Assembly: GCF_000010625.1 (NCBI RefSeq) | Contig: NC_010296.1 | Location: 870,001 to 902,000, forward strand | Origin: Microcystis aeruginosa NIES-843 | GTDB taxonomy: Bacteria > Cyanobacteriota > Cyanobacteriia > Cyanobacteriales > Microcystaceae | DNA length: 32,000 nucleotides | Direction of reading: 5' to 3' | Shown: in pieces, positions 25,932 to 32,000 of the stretch | Layout of the letters: each line of letters begins with the position of its first letter | Position numbering within the stretch: position 1 is the stretch's first letter | The notes under the pieces: model-generated | Seen by the model: only the letters and a program-made list of their open reading frames with translations | The model's database searches: none | Told to the model about the DNA's origin: nothing | Made by a program: the position numbers and the translations under genes

Positions 25932-26969
25932 TATAGCAATTCTTGGAGCTATGAGGTACAATAGAAAGTAAATAGACAAATAATAGAACTTACCAGCTTC
26001 CTATGAGACCCTATTCCGTAGATTTTCGCCAAAAAATTATCGATGTCTGGAAGAAAGAAAAAATTTCCATTCGAGGACTAGCCCAGAGATTTGACGTGGC
26101 TAAAAGCTTTATTCAGAAGTTATTGAAGCAACATAAAGAAACAGGAGATATCCGTCCTCGTCCGCAAGGGGGAAGTCCGCCAACCAAGTTAAATAGTGAA
26201 CAACTGATAATTTTAATAGAAATCATCGAAGCTAACAATGATGCAACTCTCGAAGAATTATCGGACTTACTGTATGAAAAGACACAGGTGAAAGTCAGTA
26301 GAGCCACCCTGGGGCGGCTTACGCAAAAACTCAATTACAGTTTCAAAAAAAAACACTACACGCGGCGGAAAAAGAAAGTGACAGGGTACAGCAAAAAAGA
26401 GTGGAATACTGGTCAGAAGTTCGGGAAATTGAGGCATCAAAACTAATTTTCATCGAGGAATCGGGGGTAAATTTAGCCCTTTTGAGACTCTATGCTAGAG
26501 CCTTAATTGGCCGAAGAGCTCGGGGAAGAAAACCACAAAAAAGAGGGAGAAATATTTCAATAATTAGTGCTATAAGCTTAGAAAAAGTTGTCGCATCAGT
26601 CAACATATACGGTGCAGTGGATGCGGTAACATTTGAAGGATTTATTCTAAAGGAAGTGCTGCCAAAAATTAAAGAAGGAGACTGTCTGATCATGGATAAC
26701 GCCAAGATTCATCTCGGAGAAATGGTCAGAGAAATAATCGAACAAGAAAAAGCTAGACTCATCTATTTACCTCCTTATTCTCCCGAATTCTCTCCTATTG
26801 AAAACTTTTGGTCAAAAGTGAAAGCGACGTTAAGAAAACTGAAGGCGAGAACTTACAAAGACTTAATAGAAGGGATTGAATTGGCTATGTTAGAAGTTAC
26901 TCAAAAAGATATTCGCAATTGGTTTACTCACTGTTGCTACTGTACCTCATAAGTCAGAGAATTGCTATA
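25932..26969 (+). mobile_element. IS630-family IS, copy B (apparently intact)
   Basis: 28-bp IRs flanked by TA. It is near-identical to copy A (3671-4708) in inverted orientation. Confidence 0.9.
26003..26952 (+). CDS. IS630-family transposase in two overlapping frames, probably fused by a -1 frameshift at an A9 run
   Basis: ORF A is 26003-26446 (HTH domain) and ORF B is 26401-26952 (DDE; YLPPYSPEFSPIENFW). Reading in the -1 frame from the A9 run at 26345-26353 gives the family-typical KKKTLHAAEKESDRVQQKRVEYWSEV junction. Confidence 0.8.
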
Positions 26970-27142
26970 TTTAGAAGTTATCATCTTGTTAATTGATATT
27001 GGTAGTCACGATCAGGTGTATAGAAAATAGGCTAGACTAGACAGCGATCGCTGATATTGATCATAAGGTCATTTTTGAACATAGCTAAAATTGGATGGAT
27101 TTGGGAAAACTGATTCTAATTTTCTGGATTTTATTACACAAT

Positions 27143-27179
27143 AAAAAAGTTATCGTCGTTTTAAAAAGAGCGATAACTT
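27143..27179 (-). terminator. Candidate terminator downstream of the RTX-repeat gene
   Basis: On the minus strand, AAGTTATCG-(15-nt loop)-CGATAACTT is followed by TTTTATT. Confidence 0.45.
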
Positions 27180-27236
27180 GCACTACTTTCTTTGTTGTAG
27201 CTATATTATGTGAGCTTATAGGGTTTTAACAAAAGG

Positions 27237-27722
27237 CTACCAACCCTGAGTCACTTGATTAGAATTGAGAAATAATTGACCTCTGTCAACAGTAGTAAAA
27301 TTGCGATCTTCAATAACCCCAATAAGGTTTCCATCAAGACTAATCAGGGTATCAGCAGCACTACCTCCACTTATATTGACAGTCTGTAACTGAATACGAG
27401 AAGAGCGATAATTAATTCCATCAGCAAGTACAACCCAATCATAACGAATATCAAATTGTCTGAGAGTAGCATAGCCTGAACTCATATAAAAGCTAGTATT
27501 ACCTGTGCCTAGTACATAGTAATCTGTACCACCGCCACCAAGTAAAACATCTCGATCAATATGTGCCGTTGTTCCTGCACCTCCGGAAGCACCTTGTAAC
27601 CAGTCATTACCATTACCTCCAGTGAGGGTGTCATTACCATTTAAGCCAAAAAGCCGATCATTAGAGTTACTTCCGATTCGATTAATGAGATTGTTTCCTG
27701 ATGTACCATAAACGTCTGCCAT
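27237..27722 (-). CDS. Calcium-binding RTX (hemolysin-type) repeat protein
   Basis: 161 aa containing GLNGNDTLTGGNGNDWLQG and GGGGTDYY nonapeptide-type repeats. Confidence 0.7.
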   Translation of the reverse strand: MADVYGTSGNNLINRIGSNSNDRLFGLNGNDTLTGGNGNDWLQGASGGAGTTAHIDRDVLLGGGGTDYYVLGTGNTSFYMSSGYATLRQFDIRYDWVVLADGINYRSSRIQLQTVNISGGSAADTLISLDGNLIGVIEDRNFTTVDRGQLFLNSNQVTQGW

Positions 27723-27802
27723 AGTCTAAACTCCTTAATCATCAAAATTTTTTGAATTTTTATACCTAAAATTATCTAAGTCACTTTTAGGATTGACAAG
27801 CG

Positions 27803-27825
27803 GAAAAGTCGGCAATTCTGCCGAC
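27803..27825 (-). terminator. Candidate terminator downstream of the STAND NTPase gene
   Basis: On the minus strand, GTCGGCAGAATTGCCGAC is followed by TTTTCC. Confidence 0.5.
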
Positions 27826-27918
27826 TGACAGCCGGGTAAAAAGTCAGATGAGTCAGATTTTTGGTAAAATGTATCTTAAAATACAGAAAAATTAACGATT
27901 CAATAATACTGCTTGCGT

Positions 27919-29493
27919 TTAAACTTCAGCACTAGCTAACTCATTAATAAATTGTTTAATAATCGGCAAGGTGTTAAAAGCACAAGAATGTTCATCTTCT
28001 AGTTTCTCTAATAAATTTCTTCTCAGCAAAGACTGAATAGCTTTAAACAAACTAGAGGGATGTTCCGATAAATTTTGCAATAAGTTTTCTAAGGTGATCT
28101 CCTGTTCCTCTTGACTGATAACCCTCATTACTTTTTGTTCTAATTTTGATAAAGATTGCCACTGCTTTAATAAAATATCTCCTAACTCATCCGGAATAAT
28201 TTTATAATTCAAAAAAGAAGATGCTTGGTTATTAAATAGAGTCTTAATTGATTGAGTCGCTATTTTAAAATAAAGAGGATTTCCTCCATATTGATCAATC
28301 AATAATGACCATTTTTCATCCTCTTTTAAATTGGCCATTCTGAAAATTTCCTTAGCTGACTCTTGTAACCCCTCCAACTTAAGGAAATAGCTTGATTCGT
28401 CTTGAGTCAACGATTTCCTAATTATATCAGAGACAAAGATAACACAACTTTGATGTTCCAAATTAGGGTTCTTCGTTACTTGGTATGGTTCGATAGGGGG
28501 GCATAAATCGACTAAATCCTTATCTGGCAAGAGACTTAATTGATTAGTTCGCTCTAGATAAAAAACAATTGACAAAAATCGCTAAATGCCTTTCTATATA
28601 AGGGTTCCATCCCTTATAACCCCCGTCCATTGCATAACAATTACCGAAGAGCCCAAATTAGTAGAATAATAAAGAAATTGTTCGCAATCTTCATAACCAG
28701 AGCGGTAAATTCCCGAAATTTGACCTTCTTGAAAAAGGGTTTCACCTTGATCTAAAATGAGGAGACATTTATGTTTTTGTAGATAGCTCAGTAATTTATA
28801 GTTTAAATTTTCTGGCTCATCTTCAAAGACTTTGTTATCATTAAAAAGCTGAAATAGAGCTAATTTAAGCTCTCTCCAAGAATTATAAAATGATAAATTG
28901 CGCCAAATGACACAATCAAAGTTATCTTTAATTTTCTCGACTAATTGAACGGTTAAGGTCGTTTTCCCAATTCCTTTGACTCCAGTAATTTCTATCAAAT
29001 TATATTGCTGATTTAAAATAGCTTCTGCTAAAAGATTCACATCATTTTCTCGTCCAAAACAAAATTTTAAAGCTGGCATTTGTGACAAATCACAAGGATT
29101 TGAAGATGAAGCAGAGGGATTCTGATCTTGATAAATTGCTATATTTACATCATTATAGTTATTAACTAAAATAGAATTTTGTAAAGAATTACTATGATGA
29201 GAGTGATCCAAATATAATTGATGTGAACCTTCGTGAAACTCCCAACTTTTTAATCGAGATTTAGCATTAGATTTCGTAATATTTTCGTTCAAGTTATCTG
29301 ACATAAGTTTCCACAACTTAGAACCTTCATCTTTAATGTAACCATCGCTGTAACCAATCTCTTCAGCAATGGTAAAATAGCTTTTATCCATCATTGTCCC
29401 CAAAATAATCTGTTTTTGAATTAAATTTAAGTATTTACCCGTAGCCGTATAAACGATTTTTTCAACAAAGGCAAGAATCGGCAGGAAATCCAT
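27919..29493 (-). pseudogene. STAND-type (NB-ARC-like) P-loop NTPase with an N-terminal HTH-like domain, interrupted by a MITE
   Basis: It has a Walker A (GVKGIGKTTL), a Walker B (CLLILDQGE), HQSCVIFVSD, GGNPLYF and a C-terminal winged-helix-like region. ORFs 28594-29493 and 27919-28575 rejoin in frame (...YYSTNL-EHQSC...) when 195 bp are removed. Confidence 0.75.
28458..28661. mobile_element. 186-bp MITE (28467-28652) flanked by a 9-bp direct duplication CCAAATTAG
   Basis: The 9-mer occurs at 28458-28466 and at 28653-28661. The ends are imperfect inverted repeats (GCTCTTCGGTAATTG / GGTTCTTCGTTACTTGG on the gene strand). There is an internal hairpin ATAAGGG-ATGGAA-CCCTTAT. Confidence 0.7.
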
Positions 29494-29670
29494 GCTCAGT
29501 TACTGTTCATTATATTTTTGGTTCTACTATACAATAAGATTACATTTTTGTGGAGTATCAGCAGAGGGATATGTTGTGGTTGGTGGAGGCAATAGGGCTA
29601 ATGGTACTGAGGCATTTCGTTAGACACAAGCAACCGGGATAGTGAGACTAGGGGATTTATCGGGGGGTAG

Positions 29671-29823
29671 TTAGGGAATATTCATCGCACTCACTGCCTG
29701 TGGTGGTAAACTAAGATGGTCATTAATTCCAGTGTCAGCGACAAAATCTCAGGAAATTTTGGGTCGCGAAATTGAACGAAAAACCACTGGAATGATGACT
29801 TTCCCCTCGATTACCTTTCCCTA
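29671..29823 (-). pseudogene. Degraded retropepsin-like (clan AA) aspartic protease remnant
   Basis: Frame-broken pieces read GKVIEGKVIIPVVFRSISRPKIS* and DFVADTGINDHLSLPPQAVSAMNIP*. A DTG motif is present. There is no start codon and the sequence is truncated. Confidence 0.35.
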
Positions 29824-30112
29824 AATTATTCAGCAACACGCTCCATCGTACCCCAAAACTTACCGCGACATCATAACCAATACGCAGGGTAAACAATCTA
29901 ACGTTAGGGTTTTTCCGTTTTCGCTGTAAGGCTGTCTCTACACCGGTTGGCTCTATTCCATATTCACCGGTTTCTGCATCAATTACAATCATCTGGCCAA
30001 TATTGCCACCAGACTCGACACTTTGACGAATACCGCTTTCGTAAAATTGTTTAGCTCGATATGCGACTTCTTCCACACTCCAAAAAATAGATTGCATAAC
30101 AGTTGTACCCAC
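29735..30112 (-). CDS. Hypothetical small protein; the C-terminal third is probably read-through into the protease remnant
   Basis: The likely start is the internal Met at 30097 (MQSIFWSVEEVAYRAKQFYESGIRQ...). Sequence after ...IGYDVAVSFG overlaps the protease-like remnant in another frame. Confidence 0.4.
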   Translation of the reverse strand: MGTTVMQSIFWSVEEVAYRAKQFYESGIRQSVESGGNIGQMIVIDAETGEYGIEPTGVETALQRKRKNPNVRLFTLRIGYDVAVSFGVRWSVLLNNLGKGNRGESHHSSGFSFNFATQNFLRFCR

Positions 30113-30130
30113 TTTGAGTTTTTTTCTGGA

Positions 30131-30270
30131 TTAGACCTCTTGCATAAATCCGAAAACAAACGATAGAAACAATAATGGGAGGGACTTTCAGTTAATTATT
30201 TATTAGTAGTTGATAATCTTCAAAAATGTTGCTGTACAAGGATCGACTTAAGACTTTTGCAAGAGGTCTA
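30131..30270. repeat. MITE-like element with inverted ends TAGACCTCTTGCA / TGCAAGAGGTCTA
   Basis: Perfect 13-bp inverted termini. It is related to the element at 17951-18143. Confidence 0.5.
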
Positions 30271-30476
30271 TTGTAGAGTAGGTGGCGAACCGACTCCCGT
30301 AAAACCTTGCGGGTAAAAACTTTGTCTAAAAGTTACTAGCTTGTGGCCTTTTCTGTCGTCTTCCGGTGAGGGGAAAAGAAAACGGTAATCGGAAGGGGGT
30401 CATCGCTGGATGCGGCTTGGTCACTATACATAATTTAAACTTATGACAGCAAACAGAAATACTTTTGTCAAACCCC

Positions 30477-30505
30477 TTTACAAACCGTTACAAACTCTCT
30501 AAGAT
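30477..30505 (+). promoter_or_regulatory. Candidate psbA copy 3 promoter (TTTACA-N17-TAAGAT)
   Basis: The 87 bp upstream of the ATG are identical to copy 1. Confidence 0.5.
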
Positions 30506-30554
30506 AGAGACATCATCAATCGTACCTCGATAACTTAATAGGAATCATAAACCA

Positions 30555-31637
30555 ATGACCACCACTCTACAACAGCGCGAGAGCGCTTCCCTGTGGGAGC
30601 AGTTCTGTCAGTGGATCACCAGCACCAACAACCGTTTATACATCGGTTGGTTCGGTGTCATCATGATCCCCACCCTGCTCACCGCCACCACCTGCTTCAT
30701 CATCGCCTTTATCGCCGCTCCTCCTGTAGATATCGACGGTATCCGCGAGCCTGTAGCCGGTTCTCTACTTTACGGAAACAACATCATCTCCGGTGCGGTT
30801 GTTCCCTCCTCCAACGCGATTGGACTCCACTTCTACCCCATCTGGGAAGCTGCTTCCTTAGATGAGTGGTTATACAACGGTGGTCCTTACCAGTTAGTCA
30901 TTTTCCACTTCTTACTAGGTGTCTTCTGCTACCTCGGTCGTCAGTGGGAACTGTCTTTCCGTTTAGGAATGCGTCCTTGGATCTGTGTAGCTTACTCTGC
31001 ACCCGTATCCGCCGCTACTGCTGTATTCTTAATCTATCCCATCGGACAAGGTTCCTTCTCTGATGGTATGCCTTTAGGAATCTCTGGAACCTTTAACTTT
31101 ATGTTCGTGTTCCAAGCAGAACATAACATCCTGATGCACCCCTTCCATATGTTAGGTGTTGCCGGTGTGTTCGGCGGTTCCTTGTTCAGTGCGATGCACG
31201 GTTCTCTAGTAACTTCTTCCTTAGTGCGTGAAACCACTGAAATCGAATCTCAGAACTACGGTTACAAATTCGGTCAAGAGGAAGAAACCTACAATATCGT
31301 TGCCGCTCACGGTTACTTCGGACGTTTAATCTTCCAATACGCTTCTTTCAACAATAGCCGCTCTCTGCACTTCTTCTTAGGTGCTTGGCCGGTAATCGGT
31401 ATCTGGTTTACGGCAATGGGTGTTAGCACCATGGCGTTTAACCTCAATGGTTTTAACTTCAACCAGTCGATTCTCGATTCTCAAGGTCGTGTAATCGGTA
31501 CTTGGGCCGATGTGTTAAACCGCGCTGGTATCGGTATGGAAGTAATGCACGAGCGCAATGCTCACAACTTCCCCTTAGACTTGGCTAGTGGTGAACAGGC
31601 TCCTGTAGCTCTGATTGCTCCTGCTATCAATGGTTAA
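30555..31637 (+). CDS. psbA: Photosystem II D1 protein, copy 3
   Basis: The 360-aa protein is identical to the other copies. Confidence 0.98.
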   Translation: MTTTLQQRESASLWEQFCQWITSTNNRLYIGWFGVIMIPTLLTATTCFIIAFIAAPPVDIDGIREPVAGSLLYGNNIISGAVVPSSNAIGLHFYPIWEAASLDEWLYNGGPYQLVIFHFLLGVFCYLGRQWELSFRLGMRPWICVAYSAPVSAATAVFLIYPIGQGSFSDGMPLGISGTFNFMFVFQAEHNILMHPFHMLGVAGVFGGSLFSAMHGSLVTSSLVRETTEIESQNYGYKFGQEEETYNIVAAHGYFGRLIFQYASFNNSRSLHFFLGAWPVIGIWFTAMGVSTMAFNLNGFNFNQSILDSQGRVIGTWADVLNRAGIGMEVMHERNAHNFPLDLASGEQAPVALIAPAING

Positions 31638-31657
31638 TTCCTAGTCTGAACGAAAAG

Positions 31658-31683
31658 GCACTCCCGCAAGGGGGTGCTTTTTT
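31658..31683 (+). terminator. psbA copy 3 terminator
   Basis: GCACTCCC-GCAA-GGGGGTGC followed by TTTTTT. Confidence 0.8.
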
Positions 31684-31753
31684 GTTGTTAGAATTGGGGA
31701 ACGGGGTACAAATGAAAAACGCTGCAAAATGCTTATTCTCAAACAATCATCAT

Positions 31754-32000
31754 TATGACCGCTCTCACTGGAAAATATACTCTTAGTCAATATTTTGAGC
31801 AGGAAATACAATCCCAAACTCGTCATGAATATCTGGATGGAAAAATTATTGCTATGACAGGAGGGACACCGACTCATAATCGCATTATTAGTAATTTATT
31901 AGTGGCTTTATATACTGGACTAAAGAATCAACCCTATGCCGTTTTTGTCACCGATCAGCGTTTATGGATACCTGAGCGTCAAATAGCTACCTATCCTGAT
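31754..32000 (+). CDS. Uma2-family (DUF820) putative endonuclease, 5' partial at the window edge
   Basis: MTALTGKYTLSQYFEQEIQSQTRHEYLDGKIIAMTGGTPTHNRIISNL... is the typical Uma2 N-terminus. The ORF runs off the window. Confidence 0.7.

Noticed and set aside
7533-31637. Possibility that the three identical-protein psbA genes are an assembly duplication artefact
   Set aside because: Each copy has unique flanking sequence and its own set of synonymous differences, and copy 2 has a different promoter and leader. This argues for genuine paralogues, although that cannot be proven without reads.

Overview
This is a cyanobacterial chromosomal segment. The evidence is HIP1 GCGATCGC palindromes (e.g. 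13767-13774, 21010-21017), phycobilisome and PSII genes, and heptanucleotide STRR-type tandem repeats. The IS/MITE load is reminiscent of Microcystis, but the genus call is inference only.

Core genes:
- an arsM-arsS arsenic methylation/arsenosugar pair
- three full-length psbA (D1) genes encoding identical 360-aa proteins: 7533-8615 (-), 21585-22667 (+), 30555-31637 (+)
- a fourth psbA 3' remnant at 23418-23710
- the apcA-apcB-apcC allophycocyanin operon
- msrB, ruvA, an M50/CBS site-2 protease, a Tat-lipoprotein solute-binding protein, cpcT, an SSF-family symporter and cynS

The window is heavily colonised by mobile DNA:
- an IS4-family element that itself carries an IS630-family insertion
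- a second, near-identical IS630 copy
- two further distinct IS630-family elements
- a frameshifted TnpB (IS200/IS605-type) element that splits a small membrane-protein gene
- a 389-bp TnpB-less derivative of that element family, sitting inside the apc operon
- several MITEs, one of which interrupts a STAND-type P-loop NTPase gene

The interval between psbA copies 2 and 3 (about 22.7-30.5 kb) looks like an accessory island. It holds two toxin-antitoxin pairs, IS elements, an RTX-repeat protein and the disrupted STAND NTPase.

I saw no rRNA, tRNA or CRISPR array. All coordinates for element ends, promoters and terminators were derived by eye from the sequence and need computational confirmation.
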